Of a DNA stretch of 32,000 nt, positions 1-7,627 are shown one piece after another. The number at the start of each line of letters is the position of its first letter. The first letter of the stretch is position 1. A program made the translations under genes and the position numbers. The notes below the pieces were generated by a model. It made no database searches. It was not told the DNA's origin and was given only the letters and a program-made list of their open reading frames with translations. Origin of the DNA: Candidatus Nitrosomarinus catalinensis (lineage in GTDB: Archaea; Thermoproteota; Nitrososphaeria; Nitrososphaerales; Nitrosopumilaceae); the NCBI RefSeq assembly GCF_002156965.1, contig NZ_CP021324.1:570681-602680 (forward strand). The letters are read 5' to 3'.

Positions 1-2000
1 AAGAAAGAGGAATTACAATTTATCAGGCTAATGTTACTTTACTTTATTCTCAAAATGATAATGATTATGTGATTAACATGATTGATACTCCTGGACACGT
101 TGATTTTAGTGGAAGGGTTATTCGAAGTCTTAGAGCCATTGACGGTGCAGTTGTTGTATGTGATGCAGTTGAAGGTATTATGACTCAAACTGAAACTGTA
201 ACAAGAATGGCACTTGAAGAAAGAGTTAGACCTGTTTTGTTTATCAATAAAGTAGATAGATTAATCAAAGAATTGAGATTAACTCCAGAAAAAATGCAAG
301 CACAACTTGCAGAAGTTGTTTCTACCTTTAATCAATTAGTTGATACTTATGCCGAACCTGAATACAAGGAAAAATGGAAAGTATCTATTCAGGATGCAAG
401 TGTAACATTTGGTTCTGCAAAAGATAGATGGGCAATTAACACTGATTTAATGAAAGAGAGAGGAATAACATTCAAAGATGTAATTGATGCTTACACTGAA
501 GAAAAACTTCCTGCACTTGTAGAAAAAGCACCTTTAGCAGATGCAGTACTTGGAATGGTTGTAAAACATCATCCAGCACCAAAAGACGCTATCAAATACA
601 GAATTCCTCAAATTTGGAAAGGCGATTTAGAATCTGATGTCGGAAAGGCATTGCTTGCTGGTGAAGATGATGGACCAACAATTATGATGGTGGTAAATAT
701 GGTATTAGATCCTGCAGCAGGTCCTGTTGCAATTGGACGATTATTTTCTGGAACTATCAAAGATGGACAAACACTTCACATTATTGATGAGAAAAGAGAT
801 GGTAGAGTTCAATCTGTTAATTTCTTTATGGGCAATCAAAGAGAACAAGTTGGTGAATTAGGAGCTGGAAATATTCCTGCTTTATTGGGTTTAACTGAAT
901 GCCGTGCTGGTAACACATTATCATCTGTTAAGGATATTCCAATGTTTGAAGGTGTGAAATATGTTTCAGAACCTGTTGTTCAAATTGCAATTGAACCAAA
1001 ACATCCTAAAGATTTACCTAAACTTGTAGAAATTTTGAGACAACTAACTATTGAGGATCCAAACTTGATTGTAAAAATTGATGAAGAAAGTGGTGAGACT
1101 ATTGTTGCTGGAATGGGTGTATTGCACTTGGATGTTGCAACACATAGAATTCAAGATGCAAAATGTGAAATCATTACATCTGAACCTTTGATTAACTATA
1201 GAGAAACTGTTAAAGCTGCTTGTGAACCAATCATGGCAAAATCTCCAAACAGACACAACAAAATTTTCATGAAAGTAGAGCCATTGGAGCCTGAAATTGC
1301 TCATATGCTAAGAACTGGTGAAATCAGTGATATGAAAGATAAGAAAGTAGTTGCTGATTTATTGAAAGGTGCTGGTTGGGATACTGATACCATTAAAAGA
1401 GTAATGAGATTTGATTCTCGTGGAAATGTTTTGATTAATGGAACAAAAGGTGTTCAATTTGTTCAGGAATCTACTGATTCAATTAATTCTGGATTCGATG
1501 AAGTGATGAAAGAAGGCCCACTTTGTAAAGAACAAATGAGAGATTGTAAATTCATTTTTACTCACTTTGTACCTCACGAAGATACAGCTCACAGAGGTCT
1601 ATCTCAACTAGGTCCTGCATCACGTAGAGCATGTATGGGTTCATTGTTGACTGCAGGTACTGCTGTTTTAGAACCAACTCTTGCAATTGAAGTTCGTGTA
1701 CCAACTGATTTGGTAGGAAACGTTGCAACTATACTTTCTGGTAAACGTGGTAAAGTTTTAGACATGCAACAAAAAGGTGCATCAAGTATCGTCATTGGCG
1801 AATTACCTGCTTCTGAAACTTTTACTTTATCTGAAGCTATGAGAGGTCAAACTGCAGGACGTGCAACATGGAATACTTCCTTTAAAGAATGGACTGAAGT
1901 TCCAAAATCTATGCTAAAAACAGCTGTAGAAGATATTAGAAAGAGAAAAGGATTAGCTCCTGAACCACCAGGTGTTAACGAGTTTATTGATAAAGAATAA
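1..2000 (+). CDS. fusA: Translation elongation factor 2 (aEF-2); the 5' end lies outside the window and the frame is open from nt 3
   Basis: The frame of the listed ORF has no stop back to the window edge (ERGITIYQANVTLLYSQNDNDYVINMIDTPGHVDF). It carries the GTPase motifs DTPGHVDF and NKVDR and the diphthamide-loop string HEDTAHRG. Length and order match archaeal EF-2. Confidence 0.97.
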   Translation, partial: ERGITIYQANVTLLYSQNDNDYVINMIDTPGHVDFSGRVIRSLRAIDGAVVVCDAVEGIMTQTETVTRMALEERVRPVLFINKVDRLIKELRLTPEKMQAQLAEVVSTFNQLVDTYAEPEYKEKWKVSIQDASVTFGSAKDRWAINTDLMKERGITFKDVIDAYTEEKLPALVEKAPLADAVLGMVVKHHPAPKDAIKYRIPQIWKGDLESDVGKALLAGEDDGPTIMMVVNMVLDPAAGPVAIGRLFSGTIKDGQTLHIIDEKRDGRVQSVNFFMGNQREQVGELGAGNIPALLGLTECRAGNTLSSVKDIPMFEGVKYVSEPVVQIAIEPKHPKDLPKLVEILRQLTIEDPNLIVKIDEESGETIVAGMGVLHLDVATHRIQDAKCEIITSEPLINYRETVKAACEPIMAKSPNRHNKIFMKVEPLEPEIAHMLRTGEISDMKDKKVVADLLKGAGWDTDTIKRVMRFDSRGNVLINGTKGVQFVQESTDSINSGFDEVMKEGPLCKEQMRDCKFIFTHFVPHEDTAHRGLSQLGPASRRACMGSLLTAGTAVLEPTLAIEVRVPTDLVGNVATILSGKRGKVLDMQQKGASSIVIGELPASETFTLSEAMRGQTAGRATWNTSFKEWTEVPKSMLKTAVEDIRKRKGLAPEPPGVNEFIDKE

Positions 2001-2025
2001 TATCATTAGTTTTTAATTTCTCTAT

Positions 2026-2172
2026 ATGGTTCGAGTAGATAATCATAGATATGATGAATTATTGAAAAAGAAAAAGGATTTGGAAGATAATCGACCTCAT
2101 GATATCGATAAAATGAGACGTTGGAAACATGATATGGGTAAAATTCTAGAAGAGTTAGAATTATTCCGTTAA
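2026..2172 (+). CDS. Small hypothetical protein (48 aa), below the ORF-track cutoff
   Basis: ATG..TAA ORF translated by eye: MVRVDNHRYDELLKKKKDLEDNRPHDIDKMRRWKHDMGKILEELELFR. It fills the otherwise empty gap after EF-2, and an AT-rich box (AATAATATCA) lies about 26 nt upstream of the ATG. Confidence 0.3.
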   Translation: MVRVDNHRYDELLKKKKDLEDNRPHDIDKMRRWKHDMGKILEELELFR

Positions 2173-2234
2173 TTTTTTAAAATTTTAATGAAAAACCTTA
2201 ATAGATGACTCATCTAATATAGGTCGACCTAAAT

Positions 2235-2810
2235 ATGATGAGTCAATTGAAGCCTAACATAAAGATCTATGAGCGTGAAAGAATTATTTTGCAATCAATA
2301 AAAAATAATCCTGATTTACATCATAACGGATTGATAAAACTCATTGTCCCTCAATTTATGGCTAAAACCACTTTTGAAAATGCACGCAATTCATTAATTG
2401 AAAAAAAAATCATCTTTGTGAAAAAGAAAGGAAATATGAAATTTTATATTCCTACACCAAATTATAAGGAAAAATCTCAACAACGATTGGAACAAAATAC
2501 AAACAAAGCATTTCATGATATCAAATTGCAAATAAAAAATTTGGATGTATCATTTCCCCATAAGGATATTGATGAAAAAATTCTAATTGGAACTATGTTT
2601 TTGAAAATCTTACTTCAGACTGATACTGGATTTACTATTCTGGATTCTATCAAAAATCCCAAAAAGACATTGTACCGTGATGAACATTTGATGATCCAAC
2701 AATTGATTTCACAACTTTTTAAAATTATTAAAAATGATGTTGATTACGAACTAATCTTTCCAACCATTGTTAGTTACCATCAGGTAAATGTTACCCAATA
2801 TGACTCTTAA
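2235..2810 (+). CDS. Hypothetical protein with a putative N-terminal winged-helix and a helical C-terminal domain
   Basis: 191-aa ORF. The N-terminal ~70 aa (ILQSIKNNPDLHHNGLIKLI...ARNSLIEKKIIFVKKKGNMKFY) looks like a wHTH. It has the same size and layout as 7897-8475 and 18514-19077. Confidence 0.6.
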   Translation: MMSQLKPNIKIYERERIILQSIKNNPDLHHNGLIKLIVPQFMAKTTFENARNSLIEKKIIFVKKKGNMKFYIPTPNYKEKSQQRLEQNTNKAFHDIKLQIKNLDVSFPHKDIDEKILIGTMFLKILLQTDTGFTILDSIKNPKKTLYRDEHLMIQQLISQLFKIIKNDVDYELIFPTIVSYHQVNVTQYDS

Positions 2811-2856
2811 AATTGATTTTATCTAGTTTTTATTCAGGTAGTTTTTAACCTATTTC

Positions 2857-3096
2857 ATGGGATTACTATATACAAAATTCTATATGGATTTTGATGATGA
2901 GGAATGGAATCAAATTTCTAATAATCCTATAGTTTTTCAAACAAAGAAAGATAATGTTTCATTAGAGATTGAAGATACTTCTCATAAAAGCTATAAACTA
3001 ATTTTCAAGGACGGTGGTAAAATCAATATGTTTCGAGTAACTGGAAAATTTAGATTAACTTGGGATGATGAAGATTTGTTTAAATTATCTAAATAA
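2857..3096 (+). CDS. Hypothetical small protein (79 aa)
   Basis: ORF co-directional with and tightly spaced behind 2235-2810. No motif recognised. Confidence 0.5.
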   Translation: MGLLYTKFYMDFDDEEWNQISNNPIVFQTKKDNVSLEIEDTSHKSYKLIFKDGGKINMFRVTGKFRLTWDDEDLFKLSK

Positions 3097-3111
3097 AAAC
3101 AATGAATTGTT

Positions 3112-3342
3112 ATGTCCTTAGAGATTAAAGTACGAAATATTGTAAGTAATTTTGAAGGTACTTCATCTGATGAATTTTTAGAAATTTTGGAACAAATCAT
3201 GCTTGAATTCAAGAGTGATTTGACTGTTGAATACCTTAAAGGCAAGGTCAAAAAAATTATTGAACTTTCATCTGAATCAGAAAAGAAAAAACAATGTAAA
3301 TTGCTTTTACCTTACTATGATTGGTATTTGCAAGGGTTGTAG
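3112..3342 (+). CDS. Hypothetical small protein (76 aa)
   Basis: ORF 15 nt after the previous gene on the same strand. The antisense ORF 2991-3251 is judged a shadow. Confidence 0.5.
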   Translation: MSLEIKVRNIVSNFEGTSSDEFLEILEQIMLEFKSDLTVEYLKGKVKKIIELSSESEKKKQCKLLLPYYDWYLQGL

Positions 3343-3344
3343 AA

Positions 3345-3770
3345 TTATTCAGTGTATGCCTTTATTTTTAACAATGCATTATCTATGTCTGGTATATCTT
3401 TTTTAGATTCTTCAACATCTTTTATCAATTTTATAAAATAGTCCTCAGATGTACTTTCTGCCTTCTCAATATCTGATTTTCTACATTCTAATGCTTTTTC
3501 CATAATCTCTAAATTTTGTTCTAATGATTCTGTTGATTTTGGATCAAGTAAAAATTTTTCAATATTTTCTTTAGTGCTTTCTATCATTGGAATTCTTTTT
3601 TTAGCTTGTGATTGCAATACCGGAGCAAACATTGCAGCTGCTTGTTTTACTTCTGGACTGGCATGGATTGTTTGCAATCTTTTTTTATAATGAATTAAAG
3701 ATTTTAAAATTATTTTATATCCTCCCTCTTCTCTAAGATAAATTCCTCCTAACCATATTTTTTCAGACAT
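3345..3770 (-). CDS. Hypothetical protein (141 aa), helical and charged
   Basis: Clean ORF that fills the interval. No motif recognised. Confidence 0.6.
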   Translation of the reverse strand: MSEKIWLGGIYLREEGGYKIILKSLIHYKKRLQTIHASPEVKQAAAMFAPVLQSQAKKRIPMIESTKENIEKFLLDPKSTESLEQNLEIMEKALECRKSDIEKAESTSEDYFIKLIKDVEESKKDIPDIDNALLKIKAYTE

Positions 3771-3850
3771 TTACCAGATTCTTTTTATTGTACTATTATA
3801 GTTTATTTTTTACAATGGTGTTCTCTTTTAAAATTAGTAAACTGTAGAAA

Positions 3851-4075
3851 TTATTTTGTATCGTAATTTTCATTAATTGGTTGAGGATTTCTGTTGATTA
3901 AAAATAGCAAAATTCCTGCAACTGCTACTCCTATACCTGTTAGACCTACAAATGTCCCGATATTTTTTATGGTTTCTAAATTTACATTATCTTCAGAACT
4001 AATTGAATAAAACAAAATTAATCCTAAAATGAACATGCTTCCACCTATGATCATCCATGGCGTCCCTGTTCTCAT
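3851..4075 (-). CDS. Small membrane protein (74 aa, two hydrophobic helices)
   Basis: Two ~20-aa hydrophobic stretches: WMIIGGSMFILGLILFYSI and IGTFVGLTGIGVAVAGILLFLI. Confidence 0.6.
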   Translation of the reverse strand: MRTGTPWMIIGGSMFILGLILFYSISSEDNVNLETIKNIGTFVGLTGIGVAVAGILLFLINRNPQPINENYDTK

Positions 4076-4169
4076 AATTTTGGGTTAAATTTACAATTAA
4101 TAAATACGCATTTGCTAGGCATTATTTTTAATTTTAAGGGCTTATATTTGACAAATCCTATGTGAATTT

Positions 4170-4550
4170 GTGGCCATTAAAAAGAAAATTGATCTTCTTG
4201 AACTAGTTGAAGAAATAGTTGGTTTAAACTCTAAAATGAGATTTGCAGCAATAATTGATTCTAAAGGAAATATTCGAGAGGGTATAATGAAAAAAGGTCA
4301 AACCAGTCTAAATTCTCAAAAAGAAGAAGAGCATTTTTGTCAACAAGTGGCACAAAGACGTGCCATGAGAAAAGAATTTGATCGTTCTTTAGGCAAAGTT
4401 ACATACATTCACGTAGAAAGAGAAAAAGTTTCACAACTTGTCATTTACACAAAACGAAATATTGTGTTTTTCACAATGGAACCTGAAACCCCAATGAGTA
4501 CAAAAATAAAATTAATTACTAAAATTAAAAAAATTACTTCAGATATCTAA
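4170..4550 (+). CDS. Hypothetical protein, possibly with a Roadblock/LC7-like fold
   Basis: GTG start. The string RFAAIIDSKGNIREG resembles the Roadblock/LC7 N-terminal strand pattern. This is a weak call from memory. Confidence 0.55.
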   Translation: MAIKKKIDLLELVEEIVGLNSKMRFAAIIDSKGNIREGIMKKGQTSLNSQKEEEHFCQQVAQRRAMRKEFDRSLGKVTYIHVEREKVSQLVIYTKRNIVFFTMEPETPMSTKIKLITKIKKITSDI

Positions 4551-4581
4551 TTCTTAATTCCAATTAAAATTATTAGAAGTC

Positions 4582-4935
4582 ATGACTTTTCATAAATATC
4601 TTGCAGATTCTAAAATGTTTGAATATGATAAACATTACAGAGAATGCCAACAACAAAACAAACCGTTCATAAAATCTAAAATTAATCCATTGCATGGAAA
4701 TTATTCTGTAAATGTAGATTTGATGACATGCGATTATGTTTTCTCAAAACTTGAATTAAATGAAATAATAAAATTAATTCATGATGAAAAAAAATTTGTA
4801 AATTTAAATTTTAAAAATATATTATATGACTTTAGTATTGATGAAGAAGTAATTTGGATTGACGGTATTTCAATTGAACATATGGATATTATTTGTAATT
4901 CTATTTATGATTTAACACAAAAATATCATGATTAA
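4582..4935 (+). CDS. Hypothetical protein (117 aa)
   Basis: ORF only. Its stop shares a TTAA with the convergent gene 4932-5138. Confidence 0.5.
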   Translation: MTFHKYLADSKMFEYDKHYRECQQQNKPFIKSKINPLHGNYSVNVDLMTCDYVFSKLELNEIIKLIHDEKKFVNLNFKNILYDFSIDEEVIWIDGISIEHMDIICNSIYDLTQKYHD

Positions 4936-5138
4936 AATCTGATCATATTTTTTAAAATTTTATCAATCACTTGAATCTCTTTTTTTCTATCTTTTATGGT
5001 AATTTCATTCCATTTTTTTAAAAACTCTGAATTTTTATCCATTTTTTCTAATTCTTGAACCTGTTTTATTAGATATATTTTGTAATCATGTAGTAAATCT
5101 AGATGTTTATTATGATTTTTTTCAGTCGGTGTTGGCAT
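4932..5138 (-). CDS. Hypothetical coiled-coil protein (68 aa)
   Basis: ORF that overlaps the upstream gene 5122-5361 by 17 nt. It shares a KDRK-containing helix pattern with that gene. Confidence 0.5.
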   Translation of the reverse strand: MPTPTEKNHNKHLDLLHDYKIYLIKQVQELEKMDKNSEFLKKWNEITIKDRKKEIQVIDKILKNMIRF

Positions 5139-5361
5139 TGTCCCATTCTTCCTTTGTCATATCTGGAAATAACTCTCTAATTCTCTTTCTATCTTTTTCA
5201 ATTGCGTCAATTCTACTTTTGAGATGCTCTTTAACTGCAGGTTCCCCTTCATTGTTTATTTCTTGTTCCATATTTGCAATAATTTTTGTCAATGATTTGT
5301 AGTAAATTATATGATTTTGTCTTGACTCTTCTGATTTATCTTCTTTTTTTTCGTCCATCAA
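5122..5361 (-). CDS. Hypothetical coiled-coil protein (79 aa)
   Basis: ORF, first part of a minus-strand run of small genes. It carries an IEKDRKRI motif similar to the downstream neighbour. Confidence 0.5.
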   Translation of the reverse strand: MMDEKKEDKSEESRQNHIIYYKSLTKIIANMEQEINNEGEPAVKEHLKSRIDAIEKDRKRIRELFPDMTKEEWDNANTD

Positions 5362-5421
5362 TTTTTGTTATGTTTCTAGAAATAAGTACTTGATCATTTT
5401 ATTTTTGAACTAGTTTATTCA

Positions 5422-5691
5422 TTATTTTTCATCTTCTACCAATTTTATTCCTAATGGTGTCAATCTGCTAATCCATGGAAAAGATTCGTTTTCACCTTGA
5501 TCAATTCCTCCTCTTACTAAATTTTCATTAATCAGGTATTTGATATTTTCAAAAATTCTTTCATTATTGATCTCTTTCAATTCTGGAAAATTATACATGT
5601 GAAGTTTTGGATTTTCCGATTTAACTTTAGATCTTTTATAAAATTCTTTTAATATGATATTTCTAATTCCTTCATCCGTTAAATTCTTCAT
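5422..5691 (-). CDS. Hypothetical small protein, possible winged helix
   Basis: The string IKYLINENLVRGG...RLTPLGIKLVE resembles the recognition-helix/wing part of small wHTH proteins. Confidence 0.55.
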   Translation of the reverse strand: MKNLTDEGIRNIILKEFYKRSKVKSENPKLHMYNFPELKEINNERIFENIKYLINENLVRGGIDQGENESFPWISRLTPLGIKLVEDEK

Positions 5692-5745
5692 TACTTGGTA
5701 AAAAAAATTTCTTTAATTAAATTTTTAATCTTAAAAAAAATAAAA

Positions 5746-5979
5746 CTAGCAGATTTTTTCACATTCGCATTGTCTACTTACAAACAAATTTTTGAATGAT
5801 TCAAATCGGGATTGAGAAATTTTTGGTTTATTTCTGCCCACTATTCTGAATAGTGAAATTCCGGTTTCTGAACTAGTTCCTTTTAATGCCCATGAACCAT
5901 TTTTCATTAGATATGGTTTTGGATTGTTCATGGTTACTTTTTTTCTTGCTTTGATGTCGTATGCTTCTATTTTTGACAT
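5746..5979 (-). CDS. DUF5679-like small basic protein with the zinc-ribbon cysteines replaced
   Basis: AYDIKARKKVTMNNPKPYLMKNGSWALKGTSSETGISLFRIVG aligns, from memory, to the archaeal DUF5679 pattern (C-x2-C...KNG..ALKG.C-x2-CGT.VFRI). D, A, S and T stand in the four Cys positions. Confidence 0.6.
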   Translation of the reverse strand: MSKIEAYDIKARKKVTMNNPKPYLMKNGSWALKGTSSETGISLFRIVGRNKPKISQSRFESFKNLFVSRQCECEKIC

Positions 5980-6204
5980 TAACTCAATTTAAAAAATTAC
6001 TATTACATATCCATTGTAAAAATTTTCTCATGGTTTAGCTCAAAAAAAAATCTTTTTTTAATTTATTTTGTAATTTTTTAAAATTGTGCGTATTACACTA
6101 ACAAAACAACCATCGATTGTCTTTTTTTGTAAAAACATACGATAGACAAATGGAAGCATGGATGTGTAGGGGATAAGTACTATCAAGAGGCATTCAAATT
6201 ACAG

Positions 6205-6381
6205 ATGAGTACATTAGGTAAAGTTGTAGCAGTAGTCGTTCTTCTATTTGGAGCTTGGTTTGCAATTGTTGGTATTATCATGCCTGAAGTAAGATTTGAT
6301 TATGTTAGGATTGCAACTGTTGTTTTGATAGGTTTTGGAATTGCTATTGCTATGTTGGATAGAAAATTTAATAGAAAATAA
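6205..6381 (+). CDS. Micro membrane protein (58 aa), not in the ORF track
   Basis: Translated by eye: MSTLGKVVAVVVLLFGAWFAIVGIIMPEVRFDYVRIATVVLIGFGIAIAMLDRKFNRK. It has two clear TM helices. A hairpin (TCAAAC-7nt-GTTTGA) lies just downstream. Confidence 0.4.
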   Translation: MSTLGKVVAVVVLLFGAWFAIVGIIMPEVRFDYVRIATVVLIGFGIAIAMLDRKFNRK

Positions 6382-6481
6382 ATCTCAAACGTTTAGAGTT
6401 TGATAAATTAATTTCTGATTTTTAAAAAAGGATGTTTTCTTTCAATACGCCGGTATATATGAGTAAAAATCATGGGTTGGT

Positions 6482-6595
6482 ATGTTCAAAAAAACAATTA
6501 AAAAATTAAAGTTTGTTTCTGGTAAAACCAAAGTAGCAAATGATGTAAACGCATTCAAAAAATCTGAAACACAAAAGATAGGTAAATGTGAATAA
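6482..6595 (+). CDS. Micro-ORF 1 (37 aa, basic)
   Basis: MFKKTIKKLKFVSGKTKVANDVNAFKKSETQKIGKCE. A TATATAT box at 6454-6460 is centred about 26 nt upstream of the ATG. Its stop lies 1 nt before the next ATG. Confidence 0.3.
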   Translation: MFKKTIKKLKFVSGKTKVANDVNAFKKSETQKIGKCE

Positions 6596-6596
6596 A

Positions 6597-6704
6597 ATGA
6601 ATTACAAATGTCGTAATTGTAGTTTCAAATGGAGTGGATATTCTGATACTTTCGAAAAAGTCATAATTCATGAAAGAACTCATACAAAAGGAGATTTGGA
6701 TTAG
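6597..6704 (+). CDS. Micro-ORF 2 (35 aa), C2H2-like zinc-finger mini-protein
   Basis: MNYKCRNCSFKWSGYSDTFEKVIIHERTHTKGDLD has a C-x2-C-x16-H-x3-H pattern. It is separated by 1 nt from both neighbouring micro-ORFs. Confidence 0.35.
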   Translation: MNYKCRNCSFKWSGYSDTFEKVIIHERTHTKGDLD

Positions 6705-6705
6705 T

Positions 6706-6801
6706 ATGGTTATCTGCACTAAATGCTCTGATACACATCATGAACAGTGTATGGGTAAAGCTGGAATGTTTGACTGTACTTGTGTCTGTTTAAAGAAATA
6801 A
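6706..6801 (+). CDS. Micro-ORF 3 (31 aa), Cys/His-rich
   Basis: MVICTKCSDTHHEQCMGKAGMFDCTCVCLKK has 6 Cys and 2 His in 31 aa. Confidence 0.3.
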   Translation: MVICTKCSDTHHEQCMGKAGMFDCTCVCLKK

Positions 6802-6864
6802 TTTAGTTTGTTCTTAAAAAGACTTGTTTTCTAAGATCTACAACATTACGACGTAGTGTCTTTT

Positions 6865-6875
6865 TTATTTTAAAA
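6865..6875 (+). promoter_or_regulatory. Putative archaeal TATA box for the cupredoxin gene (leaderless-type spacing)
   Basis: TTATTTTAAAA is centred about 27 nt upstream of the ATG at 6897. Confidence 0.35.
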
Positions 6876-6896
6876 CTTCTTTGATTAAGTGATAAC

Positions 6897-7505
6897 ATGA
6901 AATTATTGTATGCAGTATTGGTATTGGTCATTACTGGTAGTGCTACTACAACTATTTACTTTACTTACTATACTACTACTTTCTATACTGCCGATGTTTC
7001 CCAATTAGAAAATAAAGTTGCAAGTCTAGAGTCTGAAATTTTAAATTTAAAAAGTTCAATTGACTCTAATTTGAAAAATGCTTATGATGATGGATATTCC
7101 GCAGGAATTGCAGAACAATCCTCTTCAAGTGATGCATTCTCTAGTAATCTCTCATCAAGTAATACTGATGCCGTTTCAACTATTACTAGAACCATAGGCA
7201 CAGTAGAAGAATCTGGATATTCCACGGACTGTGCAGTCTCAATGGGTGGAGATGGATGTTACACACCAGTTACTCTTTCAGCAAATGTTGGTGACAAAAT
7301 TATAATGACTAATACTGATTCAACCGGAGTTCACTCATTTACATCAGGAACTGTTAATGGATTCACTTTATCTTCTGACGGTACATTTGATACAGGTATA
7401 CTGATGTCTGGAGATTCATTTGAATGGACTCCAACTGTTTCTGGCGAGTATCCATACTATTGTATGCTACATGCTTGGCAGGTTGGAACTATTATTGTGA
7501 ATTAA
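6897..7505 (+). CDS. Membrane-anchored blue copper protein (cupredoxin, amicyanin/plastocyanin-like) with Gln at the axial-ligand position
   Basis: It has an N-terminal TM helix, a short coiled coil, a Ser-rich linker and then a cupredoxin domain. The ligand pattern is H146 (TGVHSF) ... C189-x2-H192-x2-Q195 (YYCMLHAWQVGTIIV). Confidence 0.85.
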   Translation: MKLLYAVLVLVITGSATTTIYFTYYTTTFYTADVSQLENKVASLESEILNLKSSIDSNLKNAYDDGYSAGIAEQSSSSDAFSSNLSSSNTDAVSTITRTIGTVEESGYSTDCAVSMGGDGCYTPVTLSANVGDKIIMTNTDSTGVHSFTSGTVNGFTLSSDGTFDTGILMSGDSFEWTPTVSGEYPYYCMLHAWQVGTIIVN

Positions 7506-7627
7506 TTTAATTCTGATCATATTCACACTGGCCATATTTTTACAAATTGTTTAGTTAGAGAGAAAAGAATTACTGTAGTTGAATGGAATTAGAATTGCTT
7601 AATATTGTAAAATAATTTTATAATTGT

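Noticed and set aside
1044-1795. Antisense ORFs 1044-1304 and 1604-1795 inside EF-2
   Set aside because: They lie entirely within a confidently identified, highly conserved gene on the other strand. Their compositions are low-complexity and odd (Cys/Phe/Ser-rich), so these are shadow ORFs.
2991-3251. ORFs 2991-3251 (-), 8490-8693 (+), 26346-26591 (+), 30013-30207 (-) and 30365-30547 (-)
   Set aside because: Each overlaps a better-supported gene on the other strand (co-directional operon members, the CBS protein, or purF). They are treated as shadows.
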